Shown here: positions 10,543 to 20,292 of the stretch, piece by piece | Position numbering within the stretch: position 1 is the first letter of the stretch | Layout: each line of letters begins with the position of its first letter | Assembly: GCA_009859145.1 (NCBI GenBank) | Contig: VRVR01000013.1 | Location: 86,786-150,785, forward strand | DNA: 64,000 nucleotides | Direction: 5' to 3' | Source: Andalucia godoyi And28 | Lineage: Eukaryota; Protista; Jakobida | Made by a program: the position numbers and the translations under genes | Notes under the pieces: model-generated | What the model was told of the DNA's origin: nothing | The model's database searches: none | What the model saw: the letters and a program-made list of their open reading frames with translations, nothing else

Positions 10543-11406
10543 TTACTGCGACGCAAACTTCGCCAAGACCAGTTCTTTCCTTCGCTTCAAAATAGCCTGG
10601 TTCACTTCCTCGGTTGTCGGGACATACGTCGCCCACGCAAGAGTGCCCGCGGATCCGCTGCGGTCGATCTTGACTGCCGTTGCCTGTCTTTCCGCATCAT
10701 GTAGCTCTGCATTATTGAGCTCATCCCATCCGTAGTACGTCATTGACAGCATGTTCTTCAAGCTCTCATAGTCGATCCCTTTCCTTTTTCGTTTTCTTGT
10801 TTTCTCTACATTCATCTTTTCCGAATCACCATGTGCCCCTCCACCACCACCATCATCATCACCATCATCCGCACTAGAGCCCAAATGAGCCTCATGTCCA
10901 TCGGCTTCGTCAGCATCGCTGTCCTCGCTCCCACTCTCAACAATAGCCGCAGCTACTGTCGAGCCGTGCGTCCCAGCTCCATCTTCTTGATCATCAGAGC
11001 GTGCTTTTTTGCGCAGCATGGTCTTTGCTGCACCCCATAATCGCTCCCCCTTTGAACCAGTAACGATATCCTCGTCCTTCTCTGCGTCTTTTGCGGAATC
11101 AACTGTCCCCCCAAGCTCCCCAATCCGTCTCTCAAAAGCCCTGAGCTCTGCAAACAGCAAGTTGACATCATCATTGAGTTGTTGAATCTCCGACACAGAA
11201 AGCGTCATATCCTGAATTCGAAGAACCTTGATGCTCATTTCCTTTGCTACCATGCGTCGAAAATACAAGGCTTTCGAGACGTTGGCAACCGCAGACGGAG
11301 GAGGTCGACGTGCAACTCTCAGCGACTGTTGATCCGATTTTTGCTTCTTCTGCGACATCACATATCGATTGAGCATCGAAGCTGCCTTTTCTTGATTCCG
11401 TGACAT
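10543..11406 (-). CDS. ISY1: Pre-mRNA splicing factor ISY1
   Basis: Starts MSRNQEKAASMLNRY. Contains RRMVAKEMSIKVLRIQD, IQQLNDDVNLLF, RRIGELGG, YYGW and VPTTEEVNQAILKRRKELV, all ISY1 hallmarks. Confidence 0.93.
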   Translation of the reverse strand: MSRNQEKAASMLNRYVMSQKKQKSDQQSLRVARRPPPSAVANVSKALYFRRMVAKEMSIKVLRIQDMTLSVSEIQQLNDDVNLLFAELRAFERRIGELGGTVDSAKDAEKDEDIVTGSKGERLWGAAKTMLRKKARSDDQEDGAGTHGSTVAAAIVESGSEDSDADEADGHEAHLGSSADDGDDDGGGGGAHGDSEKMNVEKTRKRKRKGIDYESLKNMLSMTYYGWDELNNAELHDAERQATAVKIDRSGSAGTLAWATYVPTTEEVNQAILKRRKELVLAKFASQ

Positions 11407-11766
11407 TGTTTTCCACCCCCTGTCCTTCTTCGCCACCTTGCTCCTGCGCACTGTCTTGCTGATTCGTTGTTTTCGTCTGGGGAAGACTGGTTTGCGCGGC
11501 GGCGTCGTACGCATGCATGACAGGAATGAGGAACAGAGAGACAGGCCAGAATAATGGAAGCCCATTTTATTGCATATGCGGCTTGATTCCACCGCGTTTC
11601 GAAGTTGATGCTCAATCCATGGAAAACAAATGCCTGCGTATGCTGCATGCTGCAATCCGTAGTGGACTCGTTGAAGGTTTGCATAAACAAGGAAAATAGT
11701 CTTTGCCTTTGTATTGAAATGAGAACTCAGCAGCAGCAACGGAATAGAAGAGAAGGGGAATAAAAC

Positions 11767-12555
11767 ATGACGTTTACGTTTTCGTATCTTTCGGACGTGT
11801 CGTTTCCCAGTCTGAAGACGCACCAAGCGCTTTTGAACAAATGGGATGTGCTGTCTCAATTGGAAATCGTGAAGTTTTCGTTTGACAGTGCATTTCGAAA
11901 TGTCGATTCTTCCGACTTCTTCTCCGACTTCTTTTCCTCGGATGTCGCTCGGTCGCATTTCCGGGTTCTTGCGCGTCGATCAGAATGGACCTCGCTTGCA
12001 GTCCCAGCCCAGGCCCCAGCTCCAGTCATACCTGTCCAAATTCCCGCCACACACACTTCCTTGGCATTTTTCGACCGGCTCACGGCAGACAACCTGGTTC
12101 GCGACACTGGCCATATATGCAAGTGTGCGGATCGCTATCTTGAACACAATATTACTGTATCGGACCGTCTTCGGGAATATCTGTTGCTGGAAGCCGAGGG
12201 CGAGACGGAACATGCTGGCCTGTTTTCAGATGCCGAGAAGAAGGAGCCGCTGTTCCAGATCTTTAAGACTCTCGTTGTGGGAGGCGGTCTGTGTCAGTAC
12301 GAAGATACTCTGCAGCCGTATCTCGACGTAACGCGAGACTTGTACAAGGATTTTGTGAGTGTCCACAAGAACCCGCATACAAACAAGCCGGAAATCCTTT
12401 CTATTTGCTTTGCACCAGACTTGCAGAACGGAGACGCTGCTGCCGCATTGTTTCCGGTGCCAGATGTCCCTGGTGGAAATCTTTGCGTGTTCTCCGTGGA
12501 TCCCCTTCGAAGAACAGTCACTGCCATGTATTGTGCATATCTTGAGCCGTTTTAA
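11767..12555 (+). CDS. CFAP300: Cilia- and flagella-associated protein 300 (C11orf70/DNAAF17, DUF4498)
   Basis: LLNKW, FSFD, DRLREYLL, LFQIFKTLVVGGGLCQYEDTLQPYLDVTRDLYKDFVSV and VDPLRRTV match recalled CFAP300 motifs. Confidence 0.9.
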   Translation: MTFTFSYLSDVSFPSLKTHQALLNKWDVLSQLEIVKFSFDSAFRNVDSSDFFSDFFSSDVARSHFRVLARRSEWTSLAVPAQAPAPVIPVQIPATHTSLAFFDRLTADNLVRDTGHICKCADRYLEHNITVSDRLREYLLLEAEGETEHAGLFSDAEKKEPLFQIFKTLVVGGGLCQYEDTLQPYLDVTRDLYKDFVSVHKNPHTNKPEILSICFAPDLQNGDAAAALFPVPDVPGGNLCVFSVDPLRRTVTAMYCAYLEPF

Positions 12556-12898
12556 TTTTTTTTATTTAAAAAAAAGCTTGCAGAAAGAAAAATAGCAGAC
12601 ACATCACAGCCTCGTAGTATCCATAAATCAGTGTACTCTGCTGACGTCCAAGTGTCGCTGTCGCGAGGAACCGCACTCTCCATCGAACCAGCGTGAAACA
12701 TCCTGTCGATGTGTCGATACTCGATGCATTCAACCTGCAGTACTCCCTTGCGATTTGCACGGACGCACGTACGAGCTGGCTAGCTGGTGCACCTGAGAAA
12801 AATGTTCATAGCTGCGTTATTTCATGTGAGTGCATCGTCTGAAAACCCTCCCAAGGTAGAAAAAAGCGTGGGAAGAAACGTGAAAGGCAAGGATCGTC

Positions 12899-13681
12899 AT
12901 GTCGGACAACGGAGAGTTTGCGACAGCAGCTGTTTTCACCTTGTACTCGATGCTTCCTCGTGCGCTTCAGCAGAACTTTGATTCTCTCGAGTTGTTTGAA
13001 TCCAATTACCCGAGTGGTCTGCCTGACGACGACGATGGTGCAGGGCAAGAAGGGGAATCGCACACTGAGGAGACAACTTCGAACCCCGGTGCGCTGTTCA
13101 GGTGCGACGTTGCAGAAAACGTCCGCGAGGTTCGTCTTGTTCGTGAGAATCTAGCCTCGTGGGGGCTTACTTCGGCTCATTTTCGAGACTTTAAATTCGG
13201 CGACCTCTTCATTGTGGGTAACTATCGTGGCACTGGGATTTACTTCACGCTTCCGCGGCGCGGTGCAGGAGCAGGGGCAGGAAAAGACCCCGATGAAGAT
13301 CTGCCTTCGTTTGTTCGTGCAGACATGGAAATGGGTTCTGTTGTTCCGTATGAGATGTTTCCTTTAGTAGAGGAGCACAGTGTTGCATATTGGCTTCCGT
13401 TCACAAACTCCGAGTTGAAATGCGCTGGAATTCCTCCAGAACATGTGGACGACTGTATACGTCGGTACGAAAAGGACGAGGATCAGTGGGAAGACGATGT
13501 CGAGGTCCGAATGGAGAATTTGCGCCAGCTGGCGGAGCTGCAAGGAGGGCGGACGGACATCCTCGGCGAACTGAACTATGCGCTGGACTTCAGCAGGGAA
13601 ATTGTGGTTCCGGGCGTCGTTCCGCACTACAAGATTATTCGCGGATGGAACATGTGGCTCTCCGCGGACGGCATGTTTTGA
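12899..13681 (+). CDS. Hypothetical acidic protein
   Basis: 260-aa ATG ORF with globular composition (FKFGDLFIVGNYRGTGIYF). No family recognised. Confidence 0.75.
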   Translation: MSDNGEFATAAVFTLYSMLPRALQQNFDSLELFESNYPSGLPDDDDGAGQEGESHTEETTSNPGALFRCDVAENVREVRLVRENLASWGLTSAHFRDFKFGDLFIVGNYRGTGIYFTLPRRGAGAGAGKDPDEDLPSFVRADMEMGSVVPYEMFPLVEEHSVAYWLPFTNSELKCAGIPPEHVDDCIRRYEKDEDQWEDDVEVRMENLRQLAELQGGRTDILGELNYALDFSREIVVPGVVPHYKIIRGWNMWLSADGMF

Positions 13682-13859
13682 CTGGTTTTCTTTTTCTTCT
13701 TTCCCTTCGGTTTTTAGTGACCTTTCCCTGTTCCTGTCAATGGACGTGTAATTTCGCATGACAAAAATTAAAAAAACAAGGACATATATACACACATACA
13801 TATGCACGTATGCATCGTTTTAATTTAATAGAGATTCACAAACCCATGCAACGGTCCGT

Positions 13860-14069
13860 CTACTTTGCAGCTTCCGTGCTGATCTTCTTGCCTGAAGACC
13901 GCGTTCCTGGAACTTCTCCCAAATCATCTTGTTTGAGCGCAACAAATGACCATGCAAACGTCCCGAGAGCAACCAAAGCAGCGAGTCCTCCAATAAGAAA
14001 GTTTCCCTTGCGTCTTGTCTTCCAGATATTCGGATCAATTTTTGGAAATTGTTGCGGTGTTTGCTCCAT
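13860..14069 (-). CDS. COA3: COA3-like cytochrome c oxidase assembly factor (small single-TM protein)
   Basis: 69 aa: RRKGN, then a hydrophobic helix (FLIGGLAALVALGTFAWSFVAL), then KQDDL. This matches the COA3 pattern N-TM-(V)xQDDF. Confidence 0.7.
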   Translation of the reverse strand: MEQTPQQFPKIDPNIWKTRRKGNFLIGGLAALVALGTFAWSFVALKQDDLGEVPGTRSSGKKISTEAAK

Positions 14070-14483
14070 GGTTGGTATTATAAAGGGCGATCGAGTCCGC
14101 TATGACTTGTGTGGCAGGAGTAATGCATACATTAATCTCAAAACAAAAACAAAAAAGAAGAAGAAGAAGAAGAAGAAGAAAAGAAGAGAGAGAAAGGAAG
14201 AGAAGGAGAGTGACAGAGAACTTCATTGCTCAAAACTCATGTTCGGCTGATCCAGGAAAAAGAACGAGCTCTTCGCAAGCTTTTCTACACACGTTTTTTG
14301 AAAAAAGCTGCACACGAATGCTCGATGGTGCAAGGAACTGAGGGGGATCACGAGGAGCGGGTATTGCGATGGGCACACTAGGTATGAAACAAAGGCGATT
14401 GGAAAACAAAATAAGTATTTACATTGAATGTGGGAGGAGGAGAAAAAAAAAAAGAAACAGAGAAATACTACTTGTGCAAGTAT

Positions 14484-16154
14484 TCAAAAATCAATTGCTC
14501 TGGTCATATCTCTGGCAAGGGCGTGAAACTGGGCTTCTGGAACTGAAGTCAAGAACCTCCCTGTTTCCGCGTACATTGCAGAAGCACATCGGACTCTTTC
14601 CAGCCAGCCATCCGCTTGCGAAGCATCGAAAGCGGCCTCGAGATGGTCCTTCAGCAAGCTCAGTCGCTTTACGTCGCGCACCGCATACTCGAGCCAGTCC
14701 TCTGGAATAGGGCGGATGCACCAACCAGTTGGAATGCTGCGAAACGCTTCGTGCATGCGATGCTTTTCTGCAACTTCGGCAGGAGTCCACAGTCGTGCGC
14801 TTTCCATGCATCTTGCCAGTCCGCTGACATAGCGCACTGAAAACCCACGCGCTCTCCGTGATGCAACTTCCAGCAACTGAAGATCCAAGACTCCACGAAG
14901 CACAACTTCAAACTCATCAAACAGGACGTAGGAATCACCTCGGCAGTCAAACACAACCTTTGTGACATCTTCCGATTCCAGAATGTCCGCAAGTCCCATT
15001 TGAAAAACGGCACGGCCAAGCGCCAAAATGTCAAAAACATACACAGCTGGTGCGCTGGCTTCGTTCCGCATCGGATAGCCGCTGGGAGACTCGGGAAAAA
15101 ATGCGGTGACGCCTTTGTGATCCGTGGAGACAGACGAAGGAGTTTCACTGGCAAACGCACAGTGCTCAGACTTAACAGGAGTCAAAAACGCGGAGTTATC
15201 GCAAGAGAGATATGCGTCTTCGGAACTTGCAGTGCGGCTCGAGTTCAGAGTGGGTTCCATATCGTGGGTACTAGGAGGCACCGACATTGCAGGGCTGGCT
15301 CCATCCGACGAGCAGGAATCCATGTCCGTCTCGTCTGTATACTCATCGGTCTCGGTCGCTCGATCAAATGTGAACGAATCCGCACGCTGCTCCATGGAGA
15401 GCAAGTGTTGCATCTCGAAGACGCTGTGGATCGGCGTAATCTGAATTGTGCACAGTGATCCATTTGGTTTTCCCAAAGTCACTCCCTCACAGTCCACAGC
15501 AAGCATCGAGCAGTGCCACAGTGCCCCAATAGCGTCTCGAGCAGCTTCCAACGTATCCACAACCAGCACGCGCGAATGTCCCGCAGAATGACGAGATGCT
15601 GCGTAAGTCCCACCAACATCCATGTTGATCGGCGCGTACGGCGTGAACGGCGCTTGGGCAGAAACGGACACGACGCCGCCGTATGCATTGGAGGAATTGG
15701 AAAATACGCCCATCTGAGGATGATAGTGAACAAACGACACTGCATTCAGCGACATGCCATACGACGTCTGCATGGTCGATGTCGAGATGGAGGCGGTCCT
15801 GGGTCGATTGAAATGGTCGTGTGAATTGCAAGAGCAGGCTGGAGACCTCGCAGACTGCGCTAGCGATAACGACGGTGGCAGTGAAGGCGACTGGAATTCG
15901 CGGTCTGGAACAAACTCGGATGCTACAGTGTTGATACGGAACCTCGACGACGTCGCCCTAAACGCGGAGCTTGTGGGTGTCGGTGAAGCCGTGCTAGCTG
16001 GGGGACGGGACAGCGGATAATTGGCAGAATCTCGGGTACTTGAATCCGAACTCTGGTGTGAATGGGGAAAACAGGTATTGGTGGAAGAACAGGCCGACTG
16101 AAGTGTTTGAACGGAAGAAAACCGATTAGGATACGGATTATGGAACGCCGCCAT
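14484..16154 (-). CDS. DEDDy 3'-5' exonuclease, EXD1-like
   Basis: ExoI LAVDCEG, SLCTIQI, VYVFDIL, ExoII KVVFDCRGD, VLDLQLL and ExoIII WCIRPIPEDWLEYAVRDV. Disordered N-terminus; ATG at 16154 (MAAFHNP). Confidence 0.85.
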   Translation of the reverse strand: MAAFHNPYPNRFSSVQTLQSACSSTNTCFPHSHQSSDSSTRDSANYPLSRPPASTASPTPTSSAFRATSSRFRINTVASEFVPDREFQSPSLPPSLSLAQSARSPACSCNSHDHFNRPRTASISTSTMQTSYGMSLNAVSFVHYHPQMGVFSNSSNAYGGVVSVSAQAPFTPYAPINMDVGGTYAASRHSAGHSRVLVVDTLEAARDAIGALWHCSMLAVDCEGVTLGKPNGSLCTIQITPIHSVFEMQHLLSMEQRADSFTFDRATETDEYTDETDMDSCSSDGASPAMSVPPSTHDMEPTLNSSRTASSEDAYLSCDNSAFLTPVKSEHCAFASETPSSVSTDHKGVTAFFPESPSGYPMRNEASAPAVYVFDILALGRAVFQMGLADILESEDVTKVVFDCRGDSYVLFDEFEVVLRGVLDLQLLEVASRRARGFSVRYVSGLARCMESARLWTPAEVAEKHRMHEAFRSIPTGWCIRPIPEDWLEYAVRDVKRLSLLKDHLEAAFDASQADGWLERVRCASAMYAETGRFLTSVPEAQFHALARDMTRAIDF

Positions 16155-16709
16155 CGAGGTTTGGAAAACTTGTTGTGTCAAATCACCACCGTGGCAGCCA
16201 CGATTTGATCAGCTGTCTGTCTCTATGTGTATGTGTGTGTATGTGTATGTGTGTGTGTGTGTAGGGGGAGGCACTTAATCTGGACAAAATAGAAGTTACC
16301 GAAGAAGGAAATGGAAGTGCGTTGCTCGGGGGGCAGACGGAGACGAAATTCTCAGACGGGCGACGTAAAAAAGGGGGAGATTTCGGTATCGATAAGCAGT
16401 GGCGAAGTTGGATGATGTCGACGATTCTCACACTCATCATCGATGAAGAGGAAAAGCAGACGCACCTCCAGTAGGGCGTTGGTGACTTTACCTGGCTCTC
16501 CTTTTTGTCACGACGTCAGCCTCCCCTTTCCAAAAGCAAAAACAAAACAAACGATCGAAACGAACCTGTCATGCCTGCTCACATCCGCTGTCATTCAACA
16601 TTCCAACTGCTCCGATGCCTCGCCCATCATCATCCTTCCGTCGTGCTTCGTTTTGCTTTCCTCCTCTCCCCAGCCGTAGTCACGACAGCTTTTTTTTTGT
16701 GGGTCCAAT

Positions 16710-19055
16710 TTGTTCCGACGCTTTGAGGGATCAACACTTCGTGGCGTTGGATGCACCCATCGGAGACAGCTCGTGAGTTACGCAGGAGTCAGCACTCACC
16801 AGCGTCGCATACTGCATACTGCATACACACATTACGGGCTCGATATGCAGAATTTTACCTGCGCACCAGGTATGGACTGCGGAGGAGTGGATTGTGCTTC
16901 CCCCAATGTGTTCGCTCTTTTGCAGGTTCCGTGTCCGCAAGGGTTCTTTTGTCCCCCTAATGCATCTATTTCGACGTGCTCGCGGGGCCATTACTGCCCT
17001 TCCGAGGGTCTTTCATCACCAGTCGCGTGCTCGGCAGGGACGTTTTGCCCGGATGCCTCGTACAAGCCGTACGATTGTGACGCGTTTGGAATCTGCATGG
17101 CGGAATCCGCGAAACAATTCACGTTTCAGGGAATCTTTGTCTCGCTTCTGCTTGCAATTCTCATGGGGTCTCTGATTCAGTATTATTCGAAGCCAAGAAG
17201 GCGAAAACACGATCGCACAGATCGAGAAGACCTTGGGGAGAAAAAGAGCTTGCTGGGATCGAAGCAACAAATTAGCGCGCAGCGTCATTCGAACGCACCG
17301 GGAATTACTTTTTCGCAGGTTTCGTTTTCCGTCAACAAGAAGAAAAAGAGGATTTTGGATTCTGTTTCTGGATTCATTGCTCCGGGGAAGCTGACTGGCA
17401 TTTTGGGGCCGTCTGGTGCTGGGAAGACGACGTTGCTGCATATTTTGACGGGGAAATTGAAGCCGACGGAAGGCCTGGTGAAGAAGGCGGATGTGTTGGT
17501 TGGATACGTCCCTCAGGATGACATCATGCTCAACTGCCTGACGGTTCGTGAGGTCTTGGTGCATGCGACGCGGACACGGTCGCTGGTCAGAGACGTAGAT
17601 GCGCATGTGGACAATGTGCTTGCCCTCCTGGGACTTACCGACGTTCAGGACACTGTAATCGGCGACGAGTATGTACGAGGGGTTTCCGGCGGTCAGAAGA
17701 AGCGAGTATCGATCGGGCTGGAATTGGTTGCCGATACCCCGGTGCTCGCGTTGGACGAGCCGACGTCAGGACTGGACGCTGCGTCCGCGGTGCAGGTCGT
17801 GGCGTGCTTAAAGGACATTGTCGCGCAGCAAGGCACAACAGTGTTTGCCGTGGTCCATCAGCCGCGATATGAAGTGTTTCAGATGTTTGACCAAGTCATC
17901 TTGCTCGGAAAAGGCGGACATGTCGTATATTGTGGTTCGCGGGAGTACGTTCTGGAGGCTTTTGAAAAGGCCGGGTATCGGTGCCCGGATCGTGTGAATC
18001 CCCCAGACTTCCTGCTGGATACCCTATCAACAGGGAGCGTGGGAACGATTGTGAGCGATGCTGTTACGACCCACGGCGGTTTTTCTCACGATTCATACCA
18101 GGCAGCGCCGCTGCACCCTGTGGCACAACAGAAGCGGGAATCCCATCACGACGGACAAAAGAAGATGTCTTCGAATCCGGTGCCGGTTTACGCACAGATT
18201 TGGCCATATATTCAACGAGCCTTCTTGACGTTAGCACGAAACAAGCGGGCGGTAGCGGTAGCGTTTCTAATGCATCTGACGGCTGGTGCTGTTCTGGGAA
18301 TCACCTATGTGGATGGAAACCTCTTTGAACCGCCCATTCCTGCCGAGTATTATCTGTACAATGTCTGCCCGGAGCCAGTCCGTGACTATTTCTGTGGGAT
18401 GCCAGTCAAGGATGAAGTCGCCGTGCTTGCGGGATTCATCTTGCTCGGTGTGTCGCTAATAGCATTGGCAGTGGGGGTCAACACGTTGGGAGAGGAGCGT
18501 CTGATTTTCTTCCGTGAAGTTTCTTCCGGCCAGTCTGCACTAGCATACTATGTTGGGAAACTGCTGGCGGATCTCCCGCTGCTTGCAGTCTGCTGTCTCG
18601 TCTATGTCTCCGCCTTCTACACGATCATGTCGCCGCGAGGTCACTTTTGGAACCACTATGCCTGCGCAGTGTGCATCGAGTACACAGTCTTCGGGCTTTC
18701 GTACTTGATCTCGCTTGTTGTGAAACGAGATAATGCGGCACTCGTTGCCTTGGTTGTCACTTCAACATGGGGAACCACATCTGGCATCGCCGTCTCCGTC
18801 AAGGATCTCGGAATTTTTGGGACGCTGAGCTATCCGCGCTGGGCGGGGGAAGCCGTCTACGTCACCGAGCTTCGGCTCGACCAGATGAGCAGCCAGCAAG
18901 AACAGGCAGTGCGGTACTACGTCGAGCATTTTGCCTACAATTATGACCTCGATGAGTTTCCAAAGGATCTGCTTATGCTGATTATGTTTGGTACTGTGTT
19001 TCGCTTCTTGACGTACATCGTTCTCAAGCTGGCGGATCGTCACAAACAGCGGTAA
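16710..19055 (+). CDS. ABCG-family half transporter with an N-terminal Cys-rich extracellular domain; 5' end uncertain
   Basis: Repeated CxxGxYCP motifs, a TM segment, Walker A GPSGAGKTT, VSGGQKKRVSIG, LDEPTSGLD, VVHQPR and an ABC2 membrane domain. First in-frame ATG is 16845. Confidence 0.93.
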   Translation: MFRRFEGSTLRGVGCTHRRQLVSYAGVSTHQRRILHTAYTHYGLDMQNFTCAPGMDCGGVDCASPNVFALLQVPCPQGFFCPPNASISTCSRGHYCPSEGLSSPVACSAGTFCPDASYKPYDCDAFGICMAESAKQFTFQGIFVSLLLAILMGSLIQYYSKPRRRKHDRTDREDLGEKKSLLGSKQQISAQRHSNAPGITFSQVSFSVNKKKKRILDSVSGFIAPGKLTGILGPSGAGKTTLLHILTGKLKPTEGLVKKADVLVGYVPQDDIMLNCLTVREVLVHATRTRSLVRDVDAHVDNVLALLGLTDVQDTVIGDEYVRGVSGGQKKRVSIGLELVADTPVLALDEPTSGLDAASAVQVVACLKDIVAQQGTTVFAVVHQPRYEVFQMFDQVILLGKGGHVVYCGSREYVLEAFEKAGYRCPDRVNPPDFLLDTLSTGSVGTIVSDAVTTHGGFSHDSYQAAPLHPVAQQKRESHHDGQKKMSSNPVPVYAQIWPYIQRAFLTLARNKRAVAVAFLMHLTAGAVLGITYVDGNLFEPPIPAEYYLYNVCPEPVRDYFCGMPVKDEVAVLAGFILLGVSLIALAVGVNTLGEERLIFFREVSSGQSALAYYVGKLLADLPLLAVCCLVYVSAFYTIMSPRGHFWNHYACAVCIEYTVFGLSYLISLVVKRDNAALVALVVTSTWGTTSGIAVSVKDLGIFGTLSYPRWAGEAVYVTELRLDQMSSQQEQAVRYYVEHFAYNYDLDEFPKDLLMLIMFGTVFRFLTYIVLKLADRHKQR

Positions 19056-19118
19056 CAATCACGCTAATAGCGGCGGTCCTTCTTCTCCCACACTCTGCAT
19101 AATGTATTAATCGCACGA

Positions 19119-19128
19119 TATATAAAAA
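19119..19128 (+). promoter_or_regulatory. Candidate TATA box
   Basis: TATATAAAAA about 300 nt upstream of ATG 19426; sequence match only. Confidence 0.3.
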
Positions 19129-19332
19129 GGAATGAGCCTCGAGCCACGAACTCCAGTACACCACCATCGCTCACCGCTCACCCCGGAACAGGAGCCCGAA
19201 TCCCGATGTCCGCTCGCTGATTTTCAATTCCCGCTGCGATTTCTCCAAAGCTGACAATTTCCTGTCTTTTTGCCCCCTTTTTTTGCCTTTTCTTTCCTTT
19301 GTTTTGTTTTGCAAGCCAGACGAGCTCAGACT

Positions 19333-19352
19333 CACAGACAGACAGACAGACA

Positions 19353-19388
<36 letters not shown>

Positions 19389-19401
19389 CTCTCTCTCTCT
19401 C
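19333..19401. repeat. Compound (CAGA)n(CA)n(CT)n microsatellite
   Basis: Direct reading; ends about 25 nt before ATG 19426. Confidence 0.95.
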
Positions 19402-19425
19402 GCGTGCAAAAAAGACATTCTCCCC

Positions 19426-20292
19426 ATGTATTATCAGCAGGTGGCTGCGCATCCTGTGAGCTATGCAGCGTTGCCGCCTCCAGCACAAACTCGGCCAAAG
19501 TTCCGCGGCTGTGGAGTCTGTTGCACGGTTGCATCATCGATCATTCTTTCATTGTTGGCGATTGCTGCATTTGCGGCGATTGTTGTACTTCTAATCATTC
19601 GTCCCATGAAGGACTGTCTTATTTTCCGCCATGGATCCTGCGATTCATCAGTTCAAAAGTGTGTGACTGCAAAAGACGCGATTTTGCACGAAGGTGAAAC
19701 CGTCTTGGAAATTGGAGAATCAGATCAATTTTCCGCAAGCTTGCTCTCATTTACTGCAGACAGCGGTTCGAAGCTCGCGGTGGCATGCGACGATCCGCAA
19801 CGGTGCACGAAGTCGCTGACAGTCAATTTTGCCGACTCTGTGAAGGTTCCCTTCAACAGGACTGTCGTGTACCGATCATCTTCTACTCCTGGGCAATTGT
19901 ATCTGGAAGTTGTGGACAATGGATCCTATTACAACTTCACTCTCGCCATGGCTTTGTTGGCGACGGCGACGGTTGTGTGCATTGTTGCATCAGTCAGCTG
20001 TTGCTGCTGGTCAAAACACCTGCGACAACGCAGAAATGCGAGAATGTGGGAGTATTCTCAATCTCAGACTACTCTTTTCCCTCAACAGCACCTGCAGGTG
20101 CAGCCGCCACCACCGCATTATCAGCACGCTCCCCATTCGTACGGCACGACGGGCTCTCCCTATCAACCAGCCTCGGCGCACGCTGCATATGTGCCCAGTC
20201 AGCGCACCGAACACATGCCGTTCTACGAACAGCATTCCGTCTACGGGTCCGGCCATGCTACTCCGTACGCTCCATCCGCTCCTCCCATGTAG
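19426..20292 (+). CDS. Two-TM membrane protein with a Pro/Tyr/Gln-rich C-terminal tail
   Basis: ATG 19426 (MYYQQVAA). Hydrophobic helices IILSLLAIAAFAAIVVLLII and LAMALLATATVVCIVASVSCCCW; tail contains PPPHY and PSAP. Confidence 0.8.
   Translation: MYYQQVAAHPVSYAALPPPAQTRPKFRGCGVCCTVASSIILSLLAIAAFAAIVVLLIIRPMKDCLIFRHGSCDSSVQKCVTAKDAILHEGETVLEIGESDQFSASLLSFTADSGSKLAVACDDPQRCTKSLTVNFADSVKVPFNRTVVYRSSSTPGQLYLEVVDNGSYYNFTLAMALLATATVVCIVASVSCCCWSKHLRQRRNARMWEYSQSQTTLFPQQHLQVQPPPPHYQHAPHSYGTTGSPYQPASAHAAYVPSQRTEHMPFYEQHSVYGSGHATPYAPSAPPM

Noticed and set aside
12566-12800. Short minus-strand ORFs between CFAP300 and the 12899 gene
   Set aside because: No credible ATG, motif or homology that I can recognise.
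19096-19104. TGCATAATG, a 9-nt match to the start of the putative Fanzor guide
   Set aside because: A 9-nt match is expected by chance in 64 kb, and the TAM is unknown.
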